Numbered from the stretch's first letter, positions 1-9,317 are shown. The stretch: 41,135 bases of DNA from a virus (IMGVR_UViG_2909246061_000001:1-41135), one strand, 5' to 3'. The notes: generated from the sequence alone by a model not told the origin. A program made the numbers and translations.

Positions 1-483
1 ATGTTAGTTAGTAAAAGCAACGGATTTAACGCTAGCGCAGTTTTGGGTAGTGGAAGTTATAATGAAAATAAATCTTCTAAACACATGGAGCTACTAGCTC
101 ATAGTATTTTAAAATTAATTTGTAAGGAAGCTGCATCAGAGACGTATCGCGGTGCTCTTGAAACTTTACAAAAAATGATGTCTGAATGTATATATCAAGA
201 AGGCAACGCCTTTGTCATTATGGGAGCTGGAGAACAATTAAAACGTATTAAATATGAAGTTGGTGAAAATAACTTAAAGGTATTCAACGTACACTTTAAT
301 AATAATCACGAGTTAGTTAGTTCTGGTGAGCCTGACGTAATATGTTTAAGCAAGCAGGTCTGGGAAAATCTTCTCATTAAACTAAAGCTGGAAAACAATG
401 AAAATGTGTTTTCTAAAACTAAAAAATTATCGAATAAAAATAATGCCGATCAGTTTTTTGAATGCGCTAAAAGAAATGAATAG
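1..483 (+). CDS. hypothetical AT-rich protein; start at window edge uncertain; in the same frame as 583..1374 and separated from it only by one TAG
   Basis: ORF track; low GC; frame 1 stays open from 484 to the ATG at 583, so this may be the 5' part of one disrupted gene. Confidence 0.3.
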   Translation: MLVSKSNGFNASAVLGSGSYNENKSSKHMELLAHSILKLICKEAASETYRGALETLQKMMSECIYQEGNAFVIMGAGEQLKRIKYEVGENNLKVFNVHFNNNHELVSSGEPDVICLSKQVWENLLIKLKLENNENVFSKTKKLSNKNNADQFFECAKRNE

Positions 484-582
484 AACCTTTTCGATAATAT
501 AAGAAAAAGTGATTTTCATGTTGGTTTACTTAAGCCAAGTAGTACGCGTAGTGTTATTTTAGAAACGCCGCCAAATGTCTGT

Positions 583-1374
583 ATGGAATCACGTAATTCA
601 TATGAAAACAAAATAGATGAGATTTCATCTTTGTCAGAGTCAAAGGAACACCCCATAGATATTCAAGAAAAAAAAGATGCGTTTGTGAATGAGTTCAAGG
701 GGGTATTATTTGATAAAAATACAAGGTCTTCAGAGCTTCTGTTTAATTTTTATGAGTGTTGCTATAAGTTTTTACCAAGAGCTCAGCCTCAAGATAAAAT
801 CGATAGCTATAATTCAGCACTGCAAGCTTTTTCCATTTTTTGTTCATCTACGTTGACACATAATAATATAGGCTTTGATTTCAAATTATTTCCTGAAGTC
901 AAGCTGTCTGGAGAACATCTTGAAACGGTATTCAAATACAAAAATGGCGATGATGTCCGGGAGATAGCCAAAATTAACATTACTCTCCAAAAAGAAGAGG
1001 GTGGTTTATATAATTTACGTGGATTGGATTTTAAGGGGTGCTTCTTTTCTGGACAGAACTTCAGTAACTATGATATTCAATATGTGAACTGGGGAACGTC
1101 ATTGTTTGATGTTGATACTCCGTGTATTTTTAATACGCCTGCTTACAACAAGAGTAATGAAAAATCATTAAAACCTGTGAGCGAAAACGGTTTAAGTGGA
1201 GTATTGACTGATCGTAATAATAAAATAAAACTCATCACGGGCGTGGCACCATTCGATGATATTTTATTTATGGATGATGACTTTGATGATAGTTCCTCTG
1301 AGGATGATCCCGTTGAGAATAGTCCTGTTGTGACTAGTCCCGTTGTATCAAGTTCTAAAAGCAGTTTTCAATGA
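583..1374 (+). CDS. hypothetical protein with pentapeptide-repeat-like segment (NLRGLDFKGCFFSGQNFSNYD) and acidic Ser/Pro-rich C-terminus; possibly effector-like
   Basis: ORF track; AT-rich composition; no recognisable RBS upstream, consistent with being a continuation of 1..483. Confidence 0.35.
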   Translation: MESRNSYENKIDEISSLSESKEHPIDIQEKKDAFVNEFKGVLFDKNTRSSELLFNFYECCYKFLPRAQPQDKIDSYNSALQAFSIFCSSTLTHNNIGFDFKLFPEVKLSGEHLETVFKYKNGDDVREIAKINITLQKEEGGLYNLRGLDFKGCFFSGQNFSNYDIQYVNWGTSLFDVDTPCIFNTPAYNKSNEKSLKPVSENGLSGVLTDRNNKIKLITGVAPFDDILFMDDDFDDSSSEDDPVENSPVVTSPVVSSSKSSFQ

Positions 1375-1468
1375 TTAATAAATGGCAATTTTTACAAAGA
1401 GATAATAACGTAGATTGAAACAATATGTATTATTGATTGAGTAAACGGGATTATTCTTCACACTACAT

Positions 1469-1543
1469 CCATTTTAGTGTCACTACCAAAGAAAAAGGGG
1501 CTACGTTTTCATGTAACCCCTTGATTTATTTGGTGGGCTGGCA
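1469..1543 (-). repeat. degenerate copy of the ssrA 3' flank: terminator hairpin plus about 13 nt resembling the tmRNA 3' end
   Basis: 1469..1543 aligns with 40013..40086 with a few mismatches (ccattttNNNNNcactaccaaagaaaaaggggctacgYtttcaYgtaaccccttgatttatttggtgg), then diverges. Confidence 0.6.
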
Positions 1544-1721
1544 GTGACTGAATTGGTGCTGTAATTGGTTGAAATATTTCATCTAATGTCTGGTTCAACT
1601 TTCCTTAGCTGCCTGAAAGTTTTTTGATCTTACCCAGCAATAACAGCGTTACGGTGCACCACGCCTGACTGAAGAACTGCGTGCTCAGGGTTACCACTTC
1701 AACGTAAAACCGTGGCAGGAG

Positions 1722-1900
1722 GTCCGGACTGAAAAAACTGGTCAGGACATCATCGGCAGGGAACGCACTGCTAGTCTGTAAACTGAACCGACTGGGGCGC
1801 AGTATGTGGCATCTTGTCGTGCTGTTGGAGGAGCTGTGCGAACGTGGTATTAACTTTCGTGCTCTGGCCCAATCTATATTTGCCCAACAATGGGGGGACG
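1722..1900 (+). pseudogene. internal fragment of a Pin/Hin-family DNA invertase gene, truncated at its 3' side by IS1
   Basis: translation [51 protein letters not shown] matches the intact invertase at 31610..32176 (LKKLLRTLSAGDTLVVWKLDRLGRSMRHLVTLIEELRQRGVNFRSLTDSI); N-terminal catalytic region absent; frame runs into the IS1 end at 1901. Confidence 0.55.
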
Positions 1901-1955
1901 GGTGATGCTGCCAACTTACTGATTTAGTGTATGATGGTGTTTTTGAGGTGCTCCA

Positions 1956-2231
1956 GTGGCTTCTGTTTATATCAGCTGTCCCTCCTGTTCAGCTACTGAC
2001 GGGGTGGTGCGTAACGGTAAAAGTACTGCCGGACATCAGCGCTATCTCTGCTCTCACTGCCGTAAAACATGGCAACTGCAGTTCACTTACACCGCTTCTC
2101 AACCCGGTACGCACCAGAAAATCATTGATATGGCCATGAATGGCGTTGGATGCCGGGCAACCGCCCGCATTATGGGCGTTGGCCTCAACACGATTTTCCG
2201 CCATTTAAAAAACTCAGGCCGCAGTCGGTAA
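1956..2231 (+). CDS. insA: IS1 transposition regulator InsA
   Basis: 91-aa zinc-finger protein [40 protein letters not shown] typical of IS1 InsA. Confidence 0.85.
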   Translation: MASVYISCPSCSATDGVVRNGKSTAGHQRYLCSHCRKTWQLQFTYTASQPGTHQKIIDMAMNGVGCRATARIMGVGLNTIFRHLKNSGRSR

Positions 2232-2653
2232 CCTCGCGCATACAGCCGGGCAGTGACGTCATCGTCTGCGCGGAAATGGACGAACAGTGGGGCTATGTCG
2301 GGGCTAAATCGCGCCAGCGCTGGCTGTTTTACGCGTATGACAGGCTCCGGAAGACGGTTGTTGCGCACGTATTCGGTGAACGCACTATGGCGACGCTGGG
2401 GCGTCTTATGAGCCTGCTGTCACCCTTTGACGTGGTGATATGGATGACGGATGGCTGGCCGCTGTATGAATCCCGCCTGAAGGGAAAGCTGCACGTAATC
2501 AGCAAGCGATATACGCAGCGAATTGAGCGGCATAACCTGAATCTGAGGCAGCACCTGGCACGGCTGGGACGGAAGTCGCTGTCGTTCTCAAAATCGGTGG
2601 AGCTGCATGACAAAGTCATCGGGCATTATCTGAACATAAAACACTATCAATAA
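2150..2653 (+). CDS. insB: IS1 InsB reading frame (expressed as InsAB' transposase by -1 frameshift at the tttaaaaaac motif near 2203..2212)
   Basis: ORF with canonical IS1 InsB sequence (…[29 protein letters not shown]…); A6C slippery run present. Confidence 0.8.
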   Translation: MPGNRPHYGRWPQHDFPPFKKLRPQSVTSRIQPGSDVIVCAEMDEQWGYVGAKSRQRWLFYAYDRLRKTVVAHVFGERTMATLGRLMSLLSPFDVVIWMTDGWPLYESRLKGKLHVISKRYTQRIERHNLNLRQHLARLGRKSLSFSKSVELHDKVIGHYLNIKHYQ

Positions 2654-3913
2654 GTTGGGACCATTACCCATTGGGGCATATTTATACTCGTCTATATGAC
2701 AGTTACTTTTTAAAATTTCACCCTTAAAATCCTCAATTATCTCTGAGTAAAATGATCTTAGTGCTTCATTTATTTTGAGATAGCTGTAATCATGTTCTGG
2801 CTTATAACCAATCAAAGTATATGCTCTTAAAAGACCACCAAATCGGGTTCTATAAACAGAAGATGAAGGGCCTGTATCATCTTCATCAATGATAAAGCCT
2901 GATAGTTTTCCATTAGATTCTAATTTTTGTTTTAGTTTTTCTAATAGATCTTCATTAGTCAAATGAATGGATCGGAGCTGAATTATTTCTTGAGCTTTAT
3001 TGTATTTTTTCTTTGAAATAATAGGTTTATATGCCTTGTCACATCTAACCCATTCATGTTTGGGGTTTTTTACAAGCCTACTTTTTAATTTAGATGAGGT
3101 TTTGTTATATATGTTGTTTCCAATATATTTTTCATTTGTCAAAATTTGATGTATTTTTGCACGAGTCCATAATGTTCCATTTTCTGCAGGTATGTTCTGT
3201 TCATTTAATCTCTCAGCAATAATGAATTCTGGGACGTTATTATCTATAAAGAGATCATATATTCTATTTACAATTTTTATTTCATTTTTTGGTCCCGGAA
3301 TTAATATTACCCTATCTGTTTGAATACTCTTTCTTTTGCGGAAACTCAATATTTCTTTAGCTATGCCATTTTCGTCTACTAAAAGACGTCTCAGCCCATA
3401 ACCAGCCATACCGCCTTGATGATAACCAAGCTTTATTAAATTTACTTGCCCTATAAATACCTTATCAGATAGATTCCTGCTGTGATATGCAGCACTAGAT
3501 CTTTTTATATTCAGTATAACAGAGGACTCTAAAGGGAAATCTTTAGTGGGTATAGGTTCGGAACAATATATAAGATCTACACCATTTCTCTCAAATAGAA
3601 AGGAATAATATGCCGCTTCATCACTATTTTGAAAACGACCAAAACGGCTCACATCATAAAATAATACAGCCTGTATATCTATTTTCTTTTGTTCTACATC
3701 GCTAAGTAACTGCTGCAAAGAATGCCTGCCTACGATACTGACTCCGCTCTTACCTGCATCATCGTAGGTATAAGCGATTTCCATATTGTTCTTTTCAGCA
3801 TAATCTTTGATATATTCGGACTGATTATGTAAAGAATATTGCTGATGGTCGGTAGACATCCTCAAGTACTGCGCGACCCTAACTCTATGATTTTTGTCAT
3901 TTTCGCTAGCCAT
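2588..3913 (-). CDS. large serine recombinase (resolvase-type catalytic domain plus recombinase domain); 3' end interrupted by IS1, so the last 27 codons are IS1-derived and the protein is probably non-functional
   Basis: N-terminal YLRMSTDHQ serine-recombinase motif; AT-rich; ORF crosses the IS1 right end at 2668. Confidence 0.6.
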   Translation of the reverse strand: MASENDKNHRVRVAQYLRMSTDHQQYSLHNQSEYIKDYAEKNNMEIAYTYDDAGKSGVSIVGRHSLQQLLSDVEQKKIDIQAVLFYDVSRFGRFQNSDEAAYYSFLFERNGVDLIYCSEPIPTKDFPLESSVILNIKRSSAAYHSRNLSDKVFIGQVNLIKLGYHQGGMAGYGLRRLLVDENGIAKEILSFRKRKSIQTDRVILIPGPKNEIKIVNRIYDLFIDNNVPEFIIAERLNEQNIPAENGTLWTRAKIHQILTNEKYIGNNIYNKTSSKLKSRLVKNPKHEWVRCDKAYKPIISKKKYNKAQEIIQLRSIHLTNEDLLEKLKQKLESNGKLSGFIIDEDDTGPSSSVYRTRFGGLLRAYTLIGYKPEHDYSYLKINEALRSFYSEIIEDFKGEILKSNCHIDEYKYAPMGNGPNLLIVFYVQIMPDDFVMQLHRF

Positions 3914-4195
3914 GCACGAAACCTCATGGATGATTCAATACAATGTAGTGGATAAAATTGATCAAATTTCAACCGAATTCAACTGTTTTATCATTGATTA
4001 GAGCGAATTTGGTAGATCTTCGAGGTGTATGATAATCGAGAAGAGATGTGAATTATTTAGCTGATATGACCGACAGCTTTCGTTATGTGGACTCAATGTC
4101 CCCATTTGTAAATGGCTATGCTTAGTCCACATAGGTTAATGGTGTGATTATTAATTCTTTAACTAAATCAAGATAGTTAATCCATCATGGGAGAG

Positions 4196-5425
4196 TTATG
4201 CGGCAATAACTTTGCATTTTTGAGACGAAACATAGTCACTCCACCATTGCATGAGAACCACCCGTTCAGTGAGATACTCTGCACGATTGTAGGCTGCAAT
4301 TATTTCATCTTTCTTCGAGTGGGCAAGGGCGGCTTCTAAGACATCAGTCCTAAACTTGCCAGACTCCTCAGCAGCCGTTCTAGCAATGGATCGCATACCG
4401 TGAGCTACAAGCTCACCTCCGAAACCCATACGGATTATGGCCGCATTAGCTGTTTGTTCATGCATGTGATTGAGTGGAGCTTTGATACTGGGGAACACCC
4501 ACTCTCTATGCCCGCTGATGACTTTCATTAAATCCAAAACTCGCAAAGCTTCTTTGCTCAGTGGAACTTTGTGAGGCTTCTTCATTTTCATAAACTCCGC
4601 CGGGATGTTCCACATGCCAGTTTCAATATCAATATCTGACCATCTTGTGCGAACAGCTTCACCTGGGCGAACCCATGTGAGAAGTTGCCACTCAATCAGT
4701 AGCCTTGTTTCCAAACGGATAGAAGCATTGTTTAGAGCAACCAAGAAGCGAGGGAGTTCGGAAGGGGGTAATGCTGGCATATTCTGTTTTTTTGGCTTGC
4801 TGAACCGTTGCCCCAGGTTGTCTGCCGGGTTGAATTCTATGAGTTCTTCTGTTGCTGCATAGCGGAAAATTTCATTCAGGCGGGATATGATGCGGCGAAG
4901 TGTTTCAAGGACACCTCGTTTTTCTATGGGTTCTAAATGCTGTTTAAGCATTTTAGGGCGAATCTCCTTAATTGGGGTATCACCCAATGTGGAAAAGATA
5001 TTTCTCTCTAGGCTTCGCCAGATGTCGTTAGCATGATCTTGGGAGATGCCTGACGTTTTGACTTTCTCATCAAGCCACTTCTTGGCTACTGCTTGAAATG
5101 TATGTTCCGTGGCATCTTTCAGTGCATTGGCTTTTTGGTTGTTATGAACTTGGGGGTCTATACCATTTGTAAGCAACGACAAGTATTCATCACGTAAAGC
5201 TCGTGCCTTCGCAAGTGTAAGGTGAGGATAGGTTCCTAAGCTCACCTTAGTTCGCTTTTTGGTCACAGGCACTGCATATCTGAAATACCAATTTTTCTTC
5301 CCTCCCTTCGCCAGGGGAGCGATTCGCAACAGCAAACCATCGCCGTCAAAAAGGTTAACCTCTTTTTCGGCAGGTTTGGTGCTTTTGATTTCAGTGTCAG
5401 TGAGCTTCTTAGCGATTTTGGCCAT
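4196..5425 (-). CDS. tyrosine integrase, P4/CP4-57 IntA family
   Basis: N-terminus MAKIAKKLTDTEIKSTKP…DGDGLLLRI…WYFRY typical of P4-type integrases; C-terminal catalytic domain with …HGMRSIARTAAEESG… and YNRAEYLTER; probable ATG at 5425 (the track ORF extends to 5506); lies directly beside an ssrA 3'-end copy, as intA does beside ssrA in CP4-57. Confidence 0.85.
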   Translation of the reverse strand: MAKIAKKLTDTEIKSTKPAEKEVNLFDGDGLLLRIAPLAKGGKKNWYFRYAVPVTKKRTKVSLGTYPHLTLAKARALRDEYLSLLTNGIDPQVHNNQKANALKDATEHTFQAVAKKWLDEKVKTSGISQDHANDIWRSLERNIFSTLGDTPIKEIRPKMLKQHLEPIEKRGVLETLRRIISRLNEIFRYAATEELIEFNPADNLGQRFSKPKKQNMPALPPSELPRFLVALNNASIRLETRLLIEWQLLTWVRPGEAVRTRWSDIDIETGMWNIPAEFMKMKKPHKVPLSKEALRVLDLMKVISGHREWVFPSIKAPLNHMHEQTANAAIIRMGFGGELVAHGMRSIARTAAEESGKFRTDVLEAALAHSKKDEIIAAYNRAEYLTERVVLMQWWSDYVSSQKCKVIAA

Positions 5426-5522
5426 GTTTGGGACCCTCGATTTTAGGACCCATCTTCGTGGGTCCCATTCAGGGTGCCATAACTCGTAGTTCTCAGCAAT
5501 TCTCACTAGACTACAATAGACG

Positions 5523-5560
5523 TAAAAAAGCCCGCAGAGCTTGTGCTGTGCGGGCTTAGT
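5523..5560 (-). terminator. rho-independent terminator hairpin downstream (minus sense) of the ssrA 3'-end copy
   Basis: minus-strand gcccgcacagcacaagctctgcgggc followed by tttttt. Confidence 0.45.
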
Positions 5561-5587
5561 AGACTTTACTGAACTTCAGTACATCAA

Positions 5588-5636
5588 TATTTGGTGGAGC
5601 TGGCGGGAGTTGAACCCGCGTCCGAAATTCCTACAT
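5588..5636. repeat. 49-bp direct repeat identical to the ssrA 3' end; left att site of the P2-like prophage
   Basis: 5588..5636 is identical to 40072..40120 and the sequences diverge immediately outside both copies. Confidence 0.85.
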
Positions 5637-5768
5637 ACCATTTTTACTATAACAAAAACATGAACTTATGTTTAAAATCAGTGTGTTAGTATTATTTTGT
5701 GTTTGTCTGTTTTACGCATTTTTAATGCTCTGCCGCCAAAATGCCGCCACTGGTTTTGCTTGGGAGAC

Positions 5769-7289
5769 TTATTCAGGCTTTAATTTATTGATAATAGAAT
5801 CTACCATTTTAATGCCTGCCTCATTGACTATGACTGAATTGACTACTCTATCAAAATAGTCCTCTATATGGTGGGAAAATAGGAAAGCAGCACTTGATGG
5901 TTTTTTGTTCTTTTCAACTGCAGATTGCAAGACTTCATGAGGCGGAATTTTAAACCTTTTGCATGATGCAATGAGATATTCAAACTCTTCAAATGATAGA
6001 CAAAAAATATTCTCTGTAGGGATATGATAGTTATGTTTAAACTTGTCATATATCTTATTCATCTCATCTTTAGCATAAGTATTAGCTAGGATACTACCAT
6101 TGCCTAAGAAAAGGTTTTTATATGTAATGCAAATGATATATGAGTTAGCCCTGAATGGAGCTATTATTCGCTCATTAGAGTATATTTCTCGATTAACTTC
6201 GTGAGATTGTTCGATTGCTTTTAATACCGATTTCTTTATTTTTCCTGCAATATCCTCAGGGCGTAATGTTACCATGCCTTTTTGGTGTATCTCAACGCCT
6301 TTAGCATCAATGAAAATATTTGCCTCAGTATGTGGAATGAAATAATCAACTACTTTATTATCTTTAGGTAGTCGTTCTTTAAGGTATTTTTCGTTATGAA
6401 AATCAATTTCGCTTTCTTTTAGTATTAATTCCAGTGCATTTTCAAATACATTTCCAAAGCTATCCATGAACTTCTCGGCATCAGTTCTTCTTAAAAGATC
6501 ATATATGAACGTCTGTATGCTTGTTGAAGTCAGTTGTGTGTGTATCTGAAAATACTCTGAACCTTTTTTTATTAATGGTTTTTCAAGAAAAGGTGATGAT
6601 GAGTAGTATTCAAGCAAAGGTTTATCATAGGTTTTTGATTTGCAAAATGTAGATAGTTCATTGTAATTTATTGATATTGCATCAAGAAATTTCTCAATGG
6701 TATTTCTAGGAATGATGTCAAATAATATAGTAAATGTATCTACATTCATTTTTCTCACGGGATGCTCTTCTGTTATGTGAGTTATTAATATGTAAGATAG
6801 CTTAAGAAAGTCTTCGATAGATACATTCGTGATAGTAAAAAAACTTTTCTTTATTTTATGGTTTTTTTCAAGTTCTGAAAATAGAAAGACTTGTCTGCTA
6901 ATTGTGTTTAGAGCGTCAATTTTCTGGTAGATTCCTTGTTGGTATAGATTATTTCTAATGAAGAAATGCATGCCATTCTTCCTCTCAAGACCGATAGGAA
7001 TAATGTTCAAGGTTTCATAAGTTTTTTGGAAGAGTTTTATTGCTTGATTTTTATCGAGGATTTTGAATTTTTTATTCTTGCCAGTTACTGACGCAGACCA
7101 CTTTAGACATAAATTAACAATCCAAGGCATGTGTCGTAACATGTGGATATTATCTTCAAATTTTTGTAAGTTATATTGCATACAGAATTCGATAAATAAA
7201 TCAGGGGAATAACCTTGGATTTCTGAACGAATAGCATCCATTCTTAACTTTGCAACCGCATCAGATTGAATATCTAATTTTTGAATCAC
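5769..7289 (-). CDS. hypothetical 506-aa protein; AT-rich cargo gene between the prophage integrase and the left att
   Basis: long ORF with GTG start and GGAGA RBS 13 bp after the int stop; very low GC against the phage backbone; I recognise no fold; possible PD-(D/E)xK-like signature VVDYF…IFIDAKG. Confidence 0.6.
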   Translation of the reverse strand: MIQKLDIQSDAVAKLRMDAIRSEIQGYSPDLFIEFCMQYNLQKFEDNIHMLRHMPWIVNLCLKWSASVTGKNKKFKILDKNQAIKLFQKTYETLNIIPIGLERKNGMHFFIRNNLYQQGIYQKIDALNTISRQVFLFSELEKNHKIKKSFFTITNVSIEDFLKLSYILITHITEEHPVRKMNVDTFTILFDIIPRNTIEKFLDAISINYNELSTFCKSKTYDKPLLEYYSSSPFLEKPLIKKGSEYFQIHTQLTSTSIQTFIYDLLRRTDAEKFMDSFGNVFENALELILKESEIDFHNEKYLKERLPKDNKVVDYFIPHTEANIFIDAKGVEIHQKGMVTLRPEDIAGKIKKSVLKAIEQSHEVNREIYSNERIIAPFRANSYIICITYKNLFLGNGSILANTYAKDEMNKIYDKFKHNYHIPTENIFCLSFEEFEYLIASCKRFKIPPHEVLQSAVEKNKKPSSAAFLFSHHIEDYFDRVVNSVIVNEAGIKMVDSIINKLKPE

Positions 7290-7301
7290 AATAGGTCTCC
7301 A

Positions 7302-8315
7302 CTACAAATTATAAAGAGGATTTTTAGTCACCGCGTCTTCAAGGTGATCGGGCGAAAAGTGGGCGTAAATCATGGTCATTTTTATATCGGCATGACCCAA
7401 AATATCACGCAGTACCAGTATGTTTCCGCCGTTCATCATAAAGTGACTGGCGAATGTATGGCGAAGCACGTGGGTACATTGGCCCTCCGGTAGGTCAATA
7501 CCGGCCCGCTTTACTGCCCGCTCAAAGGCTTTTCTGCATGGCGTGAATAACTTTCCTCTGTTTTTGGGGAGTTCATCATACAGATCCTGAGATATCGGCA
7601 CAGTACGGTTTTTCTTGCCTTTTGTTTTTGTATAAGTAATTCGGTATTTCGATATTTGATGGCCCTGCAGATTTTCGGCTTCACTCCACCGTGCGCCAGT
7701 AGCCAGACATATTTTTGCAATCATTAGTAAGCTAGGGCTTTGAGATTCAGCACATGCCGCCAACAGGCGCTTGATTTCGTCCGTGGAAAGAAAAGCCAGC
7801 TCACCTTCGGCAATTTTGAAGGTCGGAAGTCCTGCCAGCGGGTTTGGTGCTGACCAGTGTCCTAGTTTTTTTAATGTACCGAACACAGATGATAGATTGC
7901 GCTGTTCAAGGTTTACCGTGCGGGGCTTAACGGGCGACATCAGCGTGCCATCTTCATTTCGCACTTCACCTTTTAGCCGTGCTTCGCGGTATTTCGTAAA
8001 GTCACCGGCAGTCAGCTCTGAAGCGATGGGATCGCCCAGACCATTACAGATAATTCCAAGTTTCGCCATGAGTCGCTTGGGGTCTGCGAGTGTTTGACCA
8101 TACAGGGAATACCACAGCTCAATTAATTCTGATAGGTGTCGCCGATCTTCCTTTTCTCCCAGCCAAGGTTTCTTGTTTACCTCGTCCATGGTGAAATTCT
8201 CAAACGCAATGGCTTCGCCTTTCGTCGCAAATTGTTTGCGTACGCGTTTGCCATCTCGCCCGTTTGGGTAGCATTCACATAACCACTTTCCGTTCGGCTG
8301 TTTTCTGATGGTCAT
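7302..8315 (-). CDS. int: P2/186-type tyrosine integrase
   Basis: 337 aa, same length as P2 Int; C-terminal motifs ARWSEA…HVLRHTFASHFMMNGGNILVLRDILGHADIKMTMIYAHF. Confidence 0.9.
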   Translation of the reverse strand: MTIRKQPNGKWLCECYPNGRDGKRVRKQFATKGEAIAFENFTMDEVNKKPWLGEKEDRRHLSELIELWYSLYGQTLADPKRLMAKLGIICNGLGDPIASELTAGDFTKYREARLKGEVRNEDGTLMSPVKPRTVNLEQRNLSSVFGTLKKLGHWSAPNPLAGLPTFKIAEGELAFLSTDEIKRLLAACAESQSPSLLMIAKICLATGARWSEAENLQGHQISKYRITYTKTKGKKNRTVPISQDLYDELPKNRGKLFTPCRKAFERAVKRAGIDLPEGQCTHVLRHTFASHFMMNGGNILVLRDILGHADIKMTMIYAHFSPDHLEDAVTKNPLYNL

Positions 8316-8316
8316 A

Positions 8317-8949
8317 TCAAAGGCTCTTAATGATTTTCAGTGCGCGGCCTATTACCTCAATGTCATCCAGTTCGCACTCAAACGATGAATCATCCTGATG
8401 CACTACTAATCTGTTTCCCGGGAGTCGTGTCAATTTTACAATGCTTTTTATCCCGTCGATGTCCACTAACCACGTACCATTTACTGGTGGTGTTTGGTTG
8501 CGATCTATTAAATAAGAATCACCAGAAGTAGTCACCAGCAGCAGGTTGCTTGAGTCTGAGGGGAGTATGCTGCTATCAATGATTGCTTTTCCAGCATCGA
8601 TCAGCAAACCTCCGTTGAGAGTTGCCTTGTCAATTTCAGGAGATACAAGCTCCGAAAGAGGTTTAACTTTGCTAGAGTTCACGGAATTGATATTTTTTTT
8701 AGGGTCAATGTTTGAACCTGGATCGCCCTGTCCGGTAGTTAGCCACAGTAAAGAAACTCCTGTTTCCAAAGCGCACTGAATCACCCATTCTGCAGGAAAA
8801 CTATCTCTTAAGTATCTGTTTGCCATAGTGCTTTTTGATGCGCCCAAGTGATCGCAAAGTTGCTGTCTGGACTTGAAATCATAGGCTGCCATTAGCCTAT
8901 GGATAGCCTCTCTTCCCCCTGTATTCTCGCCAGCTTTTACTTGTATCAT
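8317..8949 (-). CDS. cI: 186 CI-type immunity repressor
   Basis: N-terminal HTH plus C-terminal region with CALETGVSLLWLTTGQG and TWLVDIDGIKSIVKLTRLPGNRLVV resembling the 186 CI repressor; divergent from the early operon. Confidence 0.75.
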   Translation of the reverse strand: MIQVKAGENTGGREAIHRLMAAYDFKSRQQLCDHLGASKSTMANRYLRDSFPAEWVIQCALETGVSLLWLTTGQGDPGSNIDPKKNINSVNSSKVKPLSELVSPEIDKATLNGGLLIDAGKAIIDSSILPSDSSNLLLVTTSGDSYLIDRNQTPPVNGTWLVDIDGIKSIVKLTRLPGNRLVVHQDDSSFECELDDIEVIGRALKIIKSL

Positions 8950-8961
8950 TTTTTAATCCTG

Positions 8962-9013
8962 TTGACGTATCAAATATTGGATCGTAGTATCTTGGTGTAT
9001 CAAATATTGAATC
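8962..9013. promoter_or_regulatory. putative early promoter/operator region between cI and the rightward early operon
   Basis: two 17-bp direct repeats gtatcaaatattgRatc (8967..8983 and 8997..9013); TTGACG (8962..8967) 17 bp before TAGTAT (8985..8990) reads as a rightward promoter overlapping the first repeat. Confidence 0.35.
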
Positions 9014-9068
9014 AAATAAAACAAGATAAAACGACGTAAACCAAACCTTAATCGAGAGATACTGCACT

Positions 9069-9317
9069 ATGAGCAACGACATTTCAATTCGTGTACCAAA
9101 AGTGATGGCGACACCAGCTGAGTTCGCGGAATGGGAAGGCCGCTCTCGCGGTTCGGTATATCAAATGATTCATAATGGTAAACTCGCTAAATTCTTGGAA
9201 AGAAAAGAAAAATCGAAAGACAGAGTATGTATACGTTACCTTGAGTACAAAAAGGAACAAGTCAGGAAAAACATGGGCCAATCCAATTTCAACTTTAATG
9301 TCATCGTTGGTGACTAA
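9069..9317 (+). CDS. small HTH protein, Apl/Cox-like excisionase or regulator
   Basis: first gene of the rightward early operon opposite cI; basic 82-aa protein. Confidence 0.5.
   Translation: MSNDISIRVPKVMATPAEFAEWEGRSRGSVYQMIHNGKLAKFLERKEKSKDRVCIRYLEYKKEQVRKNMGQSNFNFNVIVGD

Larger units (their letters stand above)
1901..2668 (+). mobile_element. IS1 insertion sequence (768 bp)
   Basis: terminal inverted repeats ggtgatgctgccaacttactgat (1901..1923) and atcaataagttgggaccattacc (2646..2668); encodes InsA and InsB; flanking 9-mers ggggggacg and cattggggc do not match, so no target-site duplication. Confidence 0.9.

Noticed and set aside
4196-5506. Possibility that the island left of the prophage is a P4-type satellite
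   Set aside because: Only a P4-family integrase is present; no primase, capsid-size or late-control genes are visible, and the region is disrupted by IS1. It is better described as a decayed integrative-island remnant.
5668-5859. 63-aa hydrophobic ORF between the left att and the 3' end of the 506-aa gene
   Set aside because: Overlaps the convergent 506-aa gene and the putative att arm; no RBS; most likely chance ORF in AT-rich DNA.
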